From an uncultured virus (IMG/VR IMGVR_UViG_2061766007_000671) (Duplodnaviria; Heunggongvirae; Uroviricota; Caudoviricetes): a DNA stretch of 64,000 bases. Numbering within the stretch: position 1 is the stretch's first letter; every line of letters begins with the position of its first letter. The notes below the pieces were generated by a model. That model saw nothing but the letters and a program-made list of their open reading frames with translations, did not search any database and was not told where the DNA came from. Positions 45,094 through 56,694 of the stretch are shown in pieces. A program made the position numbers and the translations under genes. Location: IMG/VR virus record IMGVR_UViG_2061766007_000671. One strand, given 5' to 3'.

Positions 45094-45891
45094 ATGGCTG
45101 TTGATAAATACCAGGTTTTGTCCCCGGATGCCCCTGTCATCTATGAGGGACTGTCGTTCTACCCGTTGCTGGTGCGGGACTACAACCATTACGCAAGGGC
45201 AAAGCAGGCAATGGAACTGATGCTCGGCTCTCTGCCACCGAAGCTGGCTCGGCTTCCGTGGTGTCAATGTTTGTGGGAACTGGACAAACAATGCGAATCG
45301 CAGACGGGAAAGATAGGAGATTTTCTTGTTTCCCTGATGATCGTGCTTTCGAGGGCTTTGCGGCTCGAAGCCCCGGAGGGCATGGTAGTAATCCCGATGC
45401 GCCCTGTATTTTCGCAGGAAGGACAGCTCACCGCAATCATGGTCGGAGAGAACACCGGAGACTATGTACTGCTCAATATGCAGCAGATGGACACTGTTCG
45501 GAAAATTCTTGCCGAACAGAACGGTTACGACGTGCCGGATGAAAACTGGAACCCGGAACTTGTCCGCGCTGCACAGTTGAACGCAAAGGGAACAGCGGGA
45601 ATTGATTATGATTTTGAAACCCTGCTGTACTCTGTCGCAGTCAACGCCCATTGCCGGGTAAAAGACATCTGCGACTGGACGATCCGGGAGTTCCACGGGA
45701 TGCAGGATGCCATAGACCGAACACTCGGCTATCAGATCTACACGCTGGCAGAGCAGAGCGGCTATGTGACATTCCCCAAGGGAAACCCGTATCCGACATG
45801 GAAATTCGACCGTAAGAGCGATCTTCCCACCGGGTTCAAGTCCATCAGTGAACTTGATGCCGGAGCAAAGGGATTGGTCGCAGGAACATGA
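45094..45891 (+). CDS. probable tail assembly chaperone
   Basis: Position; ILAEQN and WTIREF patterns. Confidence 0.45.
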   Translation: MAVDKYQVLSPDAPVIYEGLSFYPLLVRDYNHYARAKQAMELMLGSLPPKLARLPWCQCLWELDKQCESQTGKIGDFLVSLMIVLSRALRLEAPEGMVVIPMRPVFSQEGQLTAIMVGENTGDYVLLNMQQMDTVRKILAEQNGYDVPDENWNPELVRAAQLNAKGTAGIDYDFETLLYSVAVNAHCRVKDICDWTIREFHGMQDAIDRTLGYQIYTLAEQSGYVTFPKGNPYPTWKFDRKSDLPTGFKSISELDAGAKGLVAGT

Positions 45892-45948
45892 TTTTGGGCG
45901 ATTTGTGAATCGCCCCACAACAATCCAAATAAGGAGTGAACAACAACT

Positions 45949-47088
45949 ATGGCTTTCACTTTTAAGCCCGAAGAACTTTTCAGCAAAGGCATTGTCTACG
46001 CCGAGTTCTTTGATCCCGCGACGGACGACCTTCTGGGCTACAGCCGCTATGTGGCTGACTTCTCTCTGGCCGGTGCGATGAACAACGGCGAAGTCGAGGC
46101 CGGTCCGGGCAACGGTCTGGTTATGATGATCCCTGACTCCGCCCGACTGAACATCACTGCCACGACAGCCGATTCCGCGCTGAATAATATGGCAATCGCC
46201 GTGGGCGGAACTCTGTCCGGGTACGGCGTCGTCGAGACGACCACCGCCATTACCGCGAACAGCGCAACGCTTCTGCTGGCGAATGCCGTCGCTCCGCTTG
46301 GCGGAGATAACGGCGCTGTGTGCTACATCCTCACATCCACCGGCTCCGACCGCGCCACTGTGGAGGCGCAGAGCGGCATTGCTCATGCCGTTTCCGGTGG
46401 TGCGATCCAGAACTTCGAGGCCGTCAACGGCAACACCTACTGCGTGAAGTATTTCTACTCGAACAGCTCCGCGCAGCAGCTCACCGTTCCCGCCATGTTC
46501 AACGCGAAAGTTGTCCGCGCCCACTTTGCGGTCAACTGCTACGCCAAGAAAACCGGCGGCGACGTGCTGAGTTCCAGCCTGTTCAAGATCCGCCACTACG
46601 TTTTCCCCTACTACTTTTTCACCAACCCGATGGAGGACACCCTGTCCCAGACCGCGACCGGTACTGTCAACCTCTCCGGCACCTGCCTGTCCTATCAGGA
46701 AGCCGCCGCCGAGGGCGTGTGCAATGTCGATTCCGCCGGTGTGTACGGCTACGTTGTCGATGAGTACGTCGGCGGCGAGAGCACGTCTACCGCTGCGGTG
46801 GACGGGATCTACTTCATCGGCCTCGGCGCTGGCGCTTCCGTCTACATCGACGACACGCTGACGCTGCCCATCAAGTACAGCGTGAACGGCGTCCTGACCA
46901 CAATCTCCGACATGAGCGCCGTGACCTTTGAGTCCAGTGACGAGGCTGTGGCAACCGTTGAGGGTAACGTCGTTTCCGGCGCGTCCGCCGGGTCTTCCGT
47001 TATCACCGCAAGCGTGACCAACAGCCGCACCAATCAGACTTACACCGACGCCGTGACGGTGACGGTGAGCGCTGCCCCCGGCCCCTGA
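45949..47088 (+). CDS. major tail protein with C-terminal Ig-like domain
   Basis: Strong codon bias; FESSDEAVATVEG...GSSVITAS; followed by a terminator. Confidence 0.8.
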   Translation: MAFTFKPEELFSKGIVYAEFFDPATDDLLGYSRYVADFSLAGAMNNGEVEAGPGNGLVMMIPDSARLNITATTADSALNNMAIAVGGTLSGYGVVETTTAITANSATLLLANAVAPLGGDNGAVCYILTSTGSDRATVEAQSGIAHAVSGGAIQNFEAVNGNTYCVKYFYSNSSAQQLTVPAMFNAKVVRAHFAVNCYAKKTGGDVLSSSLFKIRHYVFPYYFFTNPMEDTLSQTATGTVNLSGTCLSYQEAAAEGVCNVDSAGVYGYVVDEYVGGESTSTAAVDGIYFIGLGAGASVYIDDTLTLPIKYSVNGVLTTISDMSAVTFESSDEAVATVEGNVVSGASAGSSVITASVTNSRTNQTYTDAVTVTVSAAPGP

Positions 47089-47099
47089 TTGAAACCATA

Positions 47100-47140
47100 A
47101 GCCCCGGCCCATTTACCGGGTCGGGGCTGTTCCCTATTTA
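47100..47140 (+). terminator. terminator after the major tail gene
   Basis: AGCCCCGGCCC/GGGTCGGGGCT. Confidence 0.6.
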
Positions 47141-47201
47141 TTCCCCAGGACACAGTATTCATGCGTTTTGGGGAATGCGTAGGAAAAGAGGTGCATAACT
47201 C

Positions 47202-47627
47202 GTGAGCATTATCAGCGACTATGACAATATTAGAGCAAAAATAGACGCGGCTTGTATGGCCGCCGTAGAGGGCGGTCTGCGGGACGGGCTTCTTGCGAAA
47301 ATTAAGGAAAAAGCAAAAGAAAATGTTTACTCCTACGGCGCTGGCGGGTGGGCTATGAGCACACGAAGAGGCACCATCGGCGACAAAAGCGTCATGGATA
47401 TCGAAGCCGGAGGAGGTGGAGAACATTTCTACCTCAGTATTACAAACATTGCATGGCTCCAACATCCAGGAGGAGCAGATGAGTCAGACGTTGTAGAGGG
47501 CGGATGGGGAAATTACCATCAGCCAGGGGCAAGAAAATTCATGATGCCTGCCCTTGAAGAATTTGTCGGAAGCGGAGAAGCAGATTCCATTCTTCAGGCG
47601 TATCTCTCCATGTACGGAGTAACCTAA
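47202..47627 (+). CDS. HK97-gp10-like tail component
   Basis: VEGG...PGARKFMMPA. Confidence 0.5.
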   Translation: MSIISDYDNIRAKIDAACMAAVEGGLRDGLLAKIKEKAKENVYSYGAGGWAMSTRRGTIGDKSVMDIEAGGGGEHFYLSITNIAWLQHPGGADESDVVEGGWGNYHQPGARKFMMPALEEFVGSGEADSILQAYLSMYGVT

Positions 47628-47648
47628 TTACTTATAGGCGGTGGATAA

Positions 47649-50600
47649 ATGGCTACTACTATTCAGCTTGATGTATCTGTAAATAAAGCAAAAGCTACCG
47701 CTGACATTGGCGCTATTGAGTCCGAAGTAAAAAAGCTTTCCGCTACTCCGGCAACAATAAACATCAATGTGCAAGGTGCGGCTGGCGNNNNNNNNNNNNN
47801 NNNNNNNNNNNNNNNNNAAAGCAGGCAACTCTCAATGCGGCGGCTCAGATGCAGGCGGCTTACCATATGAGCCAAGCTTCGCAGGCGAACTCTGCGTCTC
47901 AGCTTGCTCAGACTCAGATTGCGGCGCAAGCACAGGTTCAAACTGCCGTTCAGCAGACGGCACAGATGCAGTCTGCTGCCCAAGCATCTATGGTAGCCGC
48001 CGTACAGAACACCGCACAGGTTCAGATTCAGGCCGAAGCTGATGTACAACGCGCCATAGAACAGACAGAGCAAACAAAACAAAGATACCTCACACAACAG
48101 GAGCGGTCTGCTTCACAGCGCTACGCAGCCGATGCAAGAGTCCGTGTTCAGGAACTGAAAAACGAGGGATTGGCGGCGAGAGAAGCCGCAGGAGGATATA
48201 GCGCTCTTCAGGTAGCTCTCGGGAGTCTCGCTTCTCGTGCTTTTTCAATGGTTCTGCGTAAGGTCACGCAGAGTATCCGTGAAGCCGTACAGGAGATGAA
48301 AAACGTCGATACCCAATTGACGAACATCTCCAAGGTCAGTGGCAAGACGGGACAGGAACTGGCAGCAATCGGTGACAAAGCATATGATACTGCCTCCAAA
48401 TACGGCGTAGCCGCAAGCACCTACCTTGAGTCCGTCTACAATATGCAAAAGGCCGGTATGGGCGACCAGGCGGAAGCTATGGGCGAACTGGCCATCAAGA
48501 CCATGCTCGTCGGCGACACTACCGAGGAAGTTGCGTCCAAGTTCCTTATCGCATCCAATGCCGCATGGAAACTGGACGGCAACATGGAAAAGCTTTCGGA
48601 GATCGTAGACCAGGCCGACTATATCAACAACAACTATGCGACAACTTTAGATAAGCTTGCCGCCGGTATGCCTGTTGTCGCATCCATCGCATCTCAGACG
48701 GGGATGACGGCGCAGGACACACTTGCCGCCCTCGGTACAATCACCGCCGCGACACAGGAATCCGGCACCAAAGCGGCTACTGCTCTCCGCGCCCTTATTC
48801 TGAATATTTCCGGGCAGGTCGGAAAGTACCTCACAGAAGAGGGCGAAGAATTTGAGGTCACGGCAAAGAGCGTAAAGACACTTCAAGGTCTGCTCGAAAA
48901 ATATGCCAAGACCGAAATGGACGCCGCCCGCGCCGCAGGGGAAATGATTAACCCTCTGACAGCTATCGACGCCCTGTTCAAAGGCATGGCAAACGAGGAT
49001 CTGAACGACGTTGAGCTGTTCAATCTTCTGTCAGGTATGGGCGGCAAGCTCCGCACAAACCAACTGACAGCGCTTGTTCAAAACTGGGGTACGCTGTTCG
49101 CCGACATGAAGGAGGGTATGGCCGGAGCCGCTGGCACGGCAGACAGCGAAATATCACGCATGATGGAGAGCTGGGAGCGCAGAACCCAGAAGCTCAAAGA
49201 CGCATGGACTGAGTTTATCTCAGATATTATAGACACCAACGCAGTCAAAGCAGTAATTGATGATCTAACCAAGGCCATTGATGTATTTGACAAATATGTA
49301 CAGAATAATCCTTTTGCGGAAAGCGATACCGGAAAGCAAACCTACGCCGATCTTCTGTCGGAGTATGACGCACTTCTGAAAAAAGGGAAAGACCTCAATC
49401 AATTTGAGAAAGACCGGCTAAACTACCTCAAAGAAGAACTTGAACTTACTAAACAGCGGTACGAGTACGAGGAAAAGAAAGAGGCAGAAAAGCTTCAGCA
49501 GAAGCTTACGGCAAAGAATGCGGCTGCTTATGAACCTGGCGTTGATGACTGGACACGGGAACACTACGGAACATATGACGCAGGCGCATGGACAGATCTG
49601 CAAGGCGCAGTTTCCGGGCTGACTTATACCGGCGACATTGCGTCTCTGTCTGCCGGAATCAAGCAGATTGTTTCGGACGGGGCTGAATACTACAACCAGC
49701 TTGTCCATATTAGAGATCTCGGCGTAAGCCTGACTGAAAATCAGCAGAACTGGATTACCGAGTATGAAAGCCTGAAAGCGGCAACCGACGCCCAGATCGG
49801 TTCTGTGGAGCTGCTCGGCAACGGGTACGCCGATCTTTACGACACCGAAGGGAACTGGCTCGGAAGAGTAGTTGACGGCGCAAAAGCTGCGGAAGATGCC
49901 AGAAAAGCCGAAGCCGAGGCCCGCGAGGAAGATCAAAAAGCGACTGAGCAGTGGGCGGCTGACTTAGAAGAAGCAAGATACGCATGGCAGCAATTTGACG
50001 AATCGCAAGGGCAAACCGCATCAGAAACATTTACAACAATCGGAGAAGCATTCTCCGCCCTTTCTGATGCCATCAACACCGGGAACGAGGAATATCTGGC
50101 CGGGGCGCAGGAGGGCGGTGACGCGCTGACTTCCGGCTTGAGCGACGCAACGAGCGAAGCCGGAGATGCCGCCAGTGCTACAGCCACAATTCCATCGGGC
50201 ATTGATTCTGCGGTCGGGTCTGCCAATGCGCTGACAGCGGCGTTGGAGGCGGCTGCCNNNNNNNNNNNNNNNNNNNNNNNNNNNNNNNNNCAAGCTGCCG
50301 AAGGTACAAAGAACGCTCCCGGCGGCCCCACTCTCGTCAACGAGCTTGGCCCGGAGCTTATCAGTGAAAACGGAAAGGCGTACATTGCCAACGGCGGCAG
50401 ACCCGGAATCGTAAATCTTTCCAGAGGCGCTATCGTTCTCACGGCGGAAGAAACCAAAACTGCCTTGAGAAGCGGCATCATGCCTCGAAGCGCGGCGGCA
50501 TTCGGAAATTATCCAGGAACTGGCCCAAGCAATTCGGGTATCGCGGCAGACCTTTCTGCCGCTGCCGCAAGAGCGGAAATGGCCATGCTCCGCGAACGGA

Positions 50601-51787
50601 ACAGACGATCTTCTGAAACTTCGACACTTACGCCGTCTGTCACTTCCACTTACAGTGGCGGAAAAAAACGCAAAGGTGGAGGCGGAGGCGGATTCGCCGG
50701 AGACGCGGGGCCGACCGCCGAAGAACTGCTCGAAGAGGCTGCCAAAAATCTCAAGGACACACTGTCCAATATTGAGAAGCAGGCAAAGCTTGCGGACAAC
50801 CGGGAGCAGTATGACAAGGAAGCCAGTCTCTACGGCAAAGGTCAGCAGGAGATCGACAAGATGGTGGCCGCCTATAAAAAGGCGGGCTACAAGGAAACCG
50901 ATGACGAGATCCTGGACCTTCTGAACAAGCGGTACGATTACGAAAAGAAGAAAGACGCGGCCAGTAAAAAGACCATTGAGAACGCCGCCAAAGACCTCAA
51001 GGATAAACTCGGAGTTCTGGACAAGCAGGCCAAGCTTGCCAACACCGAGGGCGACTATGTTAAGGAAGTCAAGTTCTACGAGCAGGCGCAGGAAGCCATC
51101 AAAAAGATGGTGGATATGTACCGCAAGGCCGGGTACAAAGACGATTCCAAGGAAATCCTGGAACTGCTCCAGAAAAACTACGACTACGCGGACAAGCAGG
51201 TAAAGGTCTACAAAGACCAGTGGAACAACCTGATCGACGCTCTGGAATCCGACACCGAAGCGCAGGAAGTCGCCACCAAGCTGGCTGAAAAAGAGCAGGC
51301 ATTGGAAGATGCCAGACTCGCGCTGGAAAATGCCAACAAACAGAGGACAATCCGCACCTTCAACGCCTCCACCGGTCAGTGGGAGTGGGTAGCCGACCAG
51401 AGCAAAATCAAATCCGCGCAGGAGTCTTTGACCAAAGCGGAGAAAGATTACGCCGAGGAAGTAAAGGATCAGGCCATCAAGGAACTGGAACGCCTGCGCG
51501 ACACGATGGCAGACCTGAACAATGTCGTTCTCGGACCGGCGCTCTCCGCGATCATGCTCAAAGCCGAAAGCTCCGACGAGTTCCAGAACTTTGCCAGATC
51601 TCTCAACGCCGTATACGGCATCGGATCTTATCTCGGTTCCACCCAAGGAAGTTCCAAGGTTCTGTCCACCAAAGACAGCCACGACACGATTTATACATTC
51701 GGAAATGTGACGCTGACCGAGGAACAGGCAAGCTCCATGAGCGTCGCTGAACTGGCAAAGAAGCTTCGGGTGCTGAAGATTTCCTGA
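47649..51787 (+). CDS. tape measure protein (two N gaps; frame broken across 47788-47817)
   Basis: VDTQLTNISKVS...NNNYAT TP901-like core; GPTLVNELGPEL; long helical repeats. Confidence 0.9.
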
Positions 51788-51804
51788 GTATTGGAGGAAG
51801 CAAA

Positions 51805-52545
51805 ATGCTGAGTGAAGCCCAACGCTTCTGGGAAACCCTGGAAGGAAAGGTAAAGAGCGTAGTAGACCGGCTCACAAAAAACACGTTCCGCTGCGAGAGA
51901 TACACCGTTACTACCGCGCCGAACGGAACGAAAATCGGCGTGACTCTTCCCATGGGGACAAAGGAGATTTTCCTTCCCTATTCGCAGGAAGTTTCAAATG
52001 CAACCGCCGGAACTCAGGTACTCGTTGTCTGGTGGGGCAGCATGAGCAACGCAAAGGTATACTACTACGCCAACGGATATGACGGCCCACAACCGTTCGA
52101 TCCATTGTCCAAAGTTTACCCAGTCGGGTCAATTTATATGTCTTCAGTAAATGTTTCCCCGGCTTCGTTCCTCGGCGGAGACTGGCAGCCCATTAAAGAC
52201 ACTTTCCTACTGGCCGCAGGCAATACCTATACGGCGGGCAATACGGGCGGCGCGGCAACACATAAGCTAACAAATGCGCAACTTCCCAACATCACCGGCG
52301 TGCTCTATGCAGGAACCGGTAACACAGGCGCGTCTGCCGGAGGCTATGGCATATTCAGAAGCGCCAGCGGAGCATTTTCCACTCGAAGTGCCGATGCGAG
52401 GCAATACGGATACCCATCGTCTTTATCCGCTTTCCCGTCTTCCAATCGAGGATATGCGTATGTGGACTTTAGCATCGGCTCCGGCAAATCACACAACAAT
52501 ATGCCGCCATATCTTGTGGTGTACATCTGGAAGAGGATAGCCTGA
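51805..52545 (+). CDS. baseplate protein with Gp10-like C-terminal domain
   Basis: YPVGSIYMS...GG.W...HNNMPPYLVVYIWKR. Confidence 0.75.
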   Translation: MLSEAQRFWETLEGKVKSVVDRLTKNTFRCERYTVTTAPNGTKIGVTLPMGTKEIFLPYSQEVSNATAGTQVLVVWWGSMSNAKVYYYANGYDGPQPFDPLSKVYPVGSIYMSSVNVSPASFLGGDWQPIKDTFLLAAGNTYTAGNTGGAATHKLTNAQLPNITGVLYAGTGNTGASAGGYGIFRSASGAFSTRSADARQYGYPSSLSAFPSSNRGYAYVDFSIGSGKSHNNMPPYLVVYIWKRIA

Positions 52546-52977
52546 ATGAGAATTATTGATGAAAATGGGAACGAAATACTGAATCCCAATTATGACAAAG
52601 GGTATACCGACGAAGAAGAAATCTTCATTGCCCATCACGACGCCATACCAGGAGTTGAAGAGGTGGGCCACTACGAAACAGTTCATGAGTACCCAAACGG
52701 AGGCCGCGATGTTGAGTGGGTCATCGACATCCCCGGCGTGGAAGCGCATGACGCATGGGATGAATATGAAACTATCCTCCGTTGGCACTGGTATCCAGAG
52801 CCGGAGCCTGAACGGGCTTCAGACAACTATAATGCAGGCTCGTTTTTTGAAGAAAACGGGAAAATGTACGAAGCAACGAGCACCATATCAAGAGGCGAGC
52901 GCATCACCCCGGGAGTAAACTGCAACGCCGTTACACTTGCACAGGTGCTCAATATCATCAATTCACAGGGAGGATAA
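52546..52977 (+). CDS. hypothetical tail-associated protein
   Basis: Operon position. Confidence 0.6.
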   Translation: MRIIDENGNEILNPNYDKGYTDEEEIFIAHHDAIPGVEEVGHYETVHEYPNGGRDVEWVIDIPGVEAHDAWDEYETILRWHWYPEPEPERASDNYNAGSFFEENGKMYEATSTISRGERITPGVNCNAVTLAQVLNIINSQGG

Positions 52978-52979
52978 CC

Positions 52980-53228
52980 ATGTATCAGAACTATGTTGTC
53001 GAAATCAAAAAGACAAAAAGCGGCGAATTTGAGCACAATGTATTCTGGGTCTATGACGAGGATGCAGATAAGGCAATGCTGAAAGCCGAGAGCAAGTACC
53101 ATGATATCCTTTCCAAAGCGGCAATCAGCACCATGGCAGAGCACAGTGCGATCCTGTTCACGTCTGAAGGATTCCCCAAAGACCATAAGTGCTACAAACA
53201 CGGGACAGATAATCAGACGGAAGAATAA
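52980..53228 (+). CDS. hypothetical protein
   Basis: GGAGG RBS. Confidence 0.6.
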   Translation: MYQNYVVEIKKTKSGEFEHNVFWVYDEDADKAMLKAESKYHDILSKAAISTMAEHSAILFTSEGFPKDHKCYKHGTDNQTEE

Positions 53229-53246
53229 CCTTGAGGGGGCAATCCC

Positions 53247-54887
53247 ATGCTTTTTCAACCGAGCAATATCACCCCAGATGAAATCAACGGAACCGGGACG
53301 GTCGATGTTACGCAGGACGTGACGATCACATGGGAAGTCAACGGCAACTCGGCGATGACTGCGTATCAGATTTCGTTTTATCAGAATGACGCGGCGTCCA
53401 CTCCCGTATGGAATACCGGGGAAGTCACACTTGGCACCCCGTTTTGGGGCGTAAGCTATGACGGAACAGAAGAACCGTTCTCCGTGACTCTTTCGGGTCT
53501 GTCCACGCACGGGCTGTCCAATGGGAACGAGTACAAAATGCTCATAACCCAGTGGTGGAGCGCAAACGATTCCGTCACGCAGTTTACGGCATCGCTGATC
53601 CTTGCCAGACAGAACCCAACGCTGACGATGACGGCTATCCCCTCCCCCCTTACAGACAAGGAAGCGTCCTTCACGGCAACCTATTCTCAGGCGCAGGGCG
53701 ACGCAATCAAATGGGTACAGTGGGAGATCGCCTACGCCGATGACGAGAGCAATCCGTTTGTGGATACCGGGAGAATCTACGGAACGGGACAGCTTCAGGT
53801 GGACTATGACGGTTTCCTGACCGATACCACCTACGCGGTGAGATGCACCATAGAAACCCAGAACGGCGTACAGGCAACAACTGGCTGGGTCGAGTTCAAC
53901 GTATCTTACTCTCTCAGCACCACGACAAGCGGAGCGACGGCCTGTCAGCTTGCAGACAGTTCAAGCGTGTGGGTAAGTTGGGATCGGATCGAGAGCGCAG
54001 ACGGATACTCCATCATGCGTCAGACTGTAGGGGAAAACCGGCTTATCAAGATCTCCGACGTGGAGGCCACCGCCGGACAAATCCGTGACTACAGCGCAAG
54101 GTCCGGGCAGTCGTACATCTATTACGTTTTCCCGGAAGGAAATCTGGCCTATCTGACCGAGCCGATGCAGACAGACCCTGTGAGTGTCCAGTATTGGTAC
54201 TGGGCTATCGTTGAGGCAGAGCCGGTCCCGGAACTGAAGAACACTTACTCCGCCATTGCCGCCTACTACTTCAAGTATGGGTCCGGCGGCGTTGCGGAAG
54301 GGCAAATCAGCAACAACAACAACCCGCAGATTTCCCAGAACTTTACCAAATATCCGACTCGTCAGGGCATCACATCAAACTATAAGACGGGAACTCTGAG
54401 CGGCTATATCGGCACCATCGACCGCGCCAAAATGGAATACAAGGACACAATTGCGCAGAGCGAGGCACTTTTTGCGCTTTCCAACACAGAAAACGCCCTG
54501 TTCCTGATTGATCCCAAAGGCCACTTCCTGCGCATCCATACGGCGGCGGCGACCACTCTGCAAATCAATCACAAAACGAACGTAATGCCGCAGACTGTAA
54601 CGGTATCGTGGGTTGAGATCGCAGATACGTCGGCGATTCACCTCATCATGTACGCTGGCGGAGACTTCTATCCCGTTGACCGCGTGATCCTGACCCAAGC
54701 GTATGTCAATCTCAGCACCGGCGCTCTGATGTGGACGACGCCAGACGATTACAACGGCACCGGATCGGTTCTCTCGCTAAATTCCAACGGTTCGCTTATA
54801 CAGTCGGTGTCCGGCTCGTTCAACGAGGCTACAATGACATTCACACAGAACTCCGGCATCCTGAGTGCGACACTCACAGATTCATGA
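53247..54887 (+). CDS. tail/baseplate protein with FN3-like domains
   Basis: Beta-rich; VSWD...GYSIMRQ...DYSARSGQSYIYYV. Confidence 0.65.
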   Translation: MLFQPSNITPDEINGTGTVDVTQDVTITWEVNGNSAMTAYQISFYQNDAASTPVWNTGEVTLGTPFWGVSYDGTEEPFSVTLSGLSTHGLSNGNEYKMLITQWWSANDSVTQFTASLILARQNPTLTMTAIPSPLTDKEASFTATYSQAQGDAIKWVQWEIAYADDESNPFVDTGRIYGTGQLQVDYDGFLTDTTYAVRCTIETQNGVQATTGWVEFNVSYSLSTTTSGATACQLADSSSVWVSWDRIESADGYSIMRQTVGENRLIKISDVEATAGQIRDYSARSGQSYIYYVFPEGNLAYLTEPMQTDPVSVQYWYWAIVEAEPVPELKNTYSAIAAYYFKYGSGGVAEGQISNNNNPQISQNFTKYPTRQGITSNYKTGTLSGYIGTIDRAKMEYKDTIAQSEALFALSNTENALFLIDPKGHFLRIHTAAATTLQINHKTNVMPQTVTVSWVEIADTSAIHLIMYAGGDFYPVDRVILTQAYVNLSTGALMWTTPDDYNGTGSVLSLNSNGSLIQSVSGSFNEATMTFTQNSGILSATLTDS

Positions 54888-54896
54888 GGTGGGTAA

Positions 54897-56150
54897 ATGG
54901 CTATCTATCAGAACTATTTGAGCCAACTACGCGCCGACTTCACAAAAATCGCAAAGCTTGAATTTCTCAACCCGGACGGCTCCGTGGCTTACGTTCTGGA
55001 CAACAACGCCTTAAACAAGCGAAGCGGAGCTTTTCTTCAATCGGGAACTATCTCATGCAACAAGAACAACGGGAAGCGCCGTCAGGCTACGGTGACGCTT
55101 ACCAATCTGGATAATGAGTACGAGTTCGCTGTGAATCACATCTGGTTCGGACAGCAGCTTCGGCTGTCTGAGGGGCTGATTCTTTCCGACGGCACAGAAT
55201 ACTACATTCCGCAGGGAGTATTTGAGATAGAAAACCCGCAGGAAACGCTGAAGCCGGGGCAAAAAACAGTCACATACAACCTTGTGGACAAGTGGGCGAA
55301 TCTGGACGGAACGCTGTTTGGAAATCTGGAAGACGTTTACGAAGTCAAGGTAAACACCAATATTTTCAATGCGATTGCGTCCATTCTCAAGCTGGATCGG
55401 TTCTCCATGGAGAATAACGGGGCAAACCCGGTAGACCCGCTTGCCCCCATCTTCACAGACTGGTACAACAATAAGACGCAGACTCTGACGGACGGCACGA
55501 CGGTATCACTGATCCTCGCCCCGCACGATTTCCTTTCCAACAGCACGGGAACCATAGCCGATGTCATTCTCGGCCTCAATGATATGATCGCCGGAGACAT
55601 CGGATACAACCAGGTCGGTCGGCTTGTCATCAACCCGTCGCAGGATGACATCCTTGATACGGACAAGCCGGTTTTGTGGGAGTTTACGGAGCAGGACAAG
55701 ACATTCCTCGGCGCGGACTATTCCCCCAAACCCACCGAAGTATACAACGACGTGATTGTTGTCGGGGCGACATCCGATACAAACGCCACGCCCAAGGGCA
55801 GGGCGCAGAATCAAGACCCGTCTTCCGATACCTGTATCAGCCGGGTCGGGCAGAAGACAATCCGCATCGAAATGAACGACTATTACAGCGACCAGATGTG
55901 TCAGGACTATGCGGAATGGCAGCTCAAAAGATACTCCGTCCTGTCCAAGAGCGTTACCGTCACCTGCACCCAAATGTTTCACATCGTTGAAAACGAACTG
56001 ATTACGGTACAGAGGAGCGACAAACCAGGAAGCCCGGTGGAAAGGCATCTTGTCACTGGTTTTTCACGCCCCATCGGTCAGGCCGGAACAATGACGATAA
56101 ACTGTGTCAGCGTCAACGACTTCCCCATCGCAACACTTATCACTGAATAA
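54897..56150 (+). CDS. baseplate hub/tail protein
   Basis: YNDVIVVG; position. Confidence 0.6.
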   Translation: MAIYQNYLSQLRADFTKIAKLEFLNPDGSVAYVLDNNALNKRSGAFLQSGTISCNKNNGKRRQATVTLTNLDNEYEFAVNHIWFGQQLRLSEGLILSDGTEYYIPQGVFEIENPQETLKPGQKTVTYNLVDKWANLDGTLFGNLEDVYEVKVNTNIFNAIASILKLDRFSMENNGANPVDPLAPIFTDWYNNKTQTLTDGTTVSLILAPHDFLSNSTGTIADVILGLNDMIAGDIGYNQVGRLVINPSQDDILDTDKPVLWEFTEQDKTFLGADYSPKPTEVYNDVIVVGATSDTNATPKGRAQNQDPSSDTCISRVGQKTIRIEMNDYYSDQMCQDYAEWQLKRYSVLSKSVTVTCTQMFHIVENELITVQRSDKPGSPVERHLVTGFSRPIGQAGTMTINCVSVNDFPIATLITE

Positions 56151-56162
56151 AGGAGCAAGAAT

Positions 56163-56681
56163 ATGGCCACCTATAATCTCGGACAAGTCGCCATCGTCAA
56201 CAAAGGCGCATGGAGTTCTGCCACGAACTACGCCGTGCTGAACACCGTAACGCACAACGGCGGATCGTTCATGGCGATTGCCGCCAACTCGAACGTGGAG
56301 CCTGGGGTTTCCTCCGGCTGGGCTACCTCATGGGTCGCCATGGCAAAGGGCATCAAGACTATTGACATCGTGGGGGATACAACTTCCACGGCCCACGCCG
56401 TCATCACGCTTTCGGACGGATCGACCGTCACCGGGAGCACGTTCAATACCAACGGCGTCGCTGCGGGAAGCATCACCGATACGGAGATCACGTCCAGCGG
56501 CATCTCCCGCATCGCCAATAATGCGGTGACAGACGCCAAGATCCTGAAGACCGGCGCAAACGCCGTAATGCCGAAGTCCGTAGGAATCAAATACGGAACG
56601 GGCAATGCCTCGGCAGTATCAACCCCGGACAGCAGCGCATCCGGGATCGCACCCGGTCAGATCTACCTCAAATATGTATAA
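56163..56681 (+). CDS. minor tail protein with carbohydrate-binding-like N-terminus
   Basis: KGAWSSATNY...VTHNGGSF...PG...W. Confidence 0.6.
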   Translation: MATYNLGQVAIVNKGAWSSATNYAVLNTVTHNGGSFMAIAANSNVEPGVSSGWATSWVAMAKGIKTIDIVGDTTSTAHAVITLSDGSTVTGSTFNTNGVAAGSITDTEITSSGISRIANNAVTDAKILKTGANAVMPKSVGIKYGTGNASAVSTPDSSASGIAPGQIYLKYV

Positions 56682-56694
56682 GGGGGCATGACCT

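Noticed and set aside
47649..47870. Programmed frameshift or separate ORF before the tape measure gene
   Set aside because: The frame break coincides with an N gap
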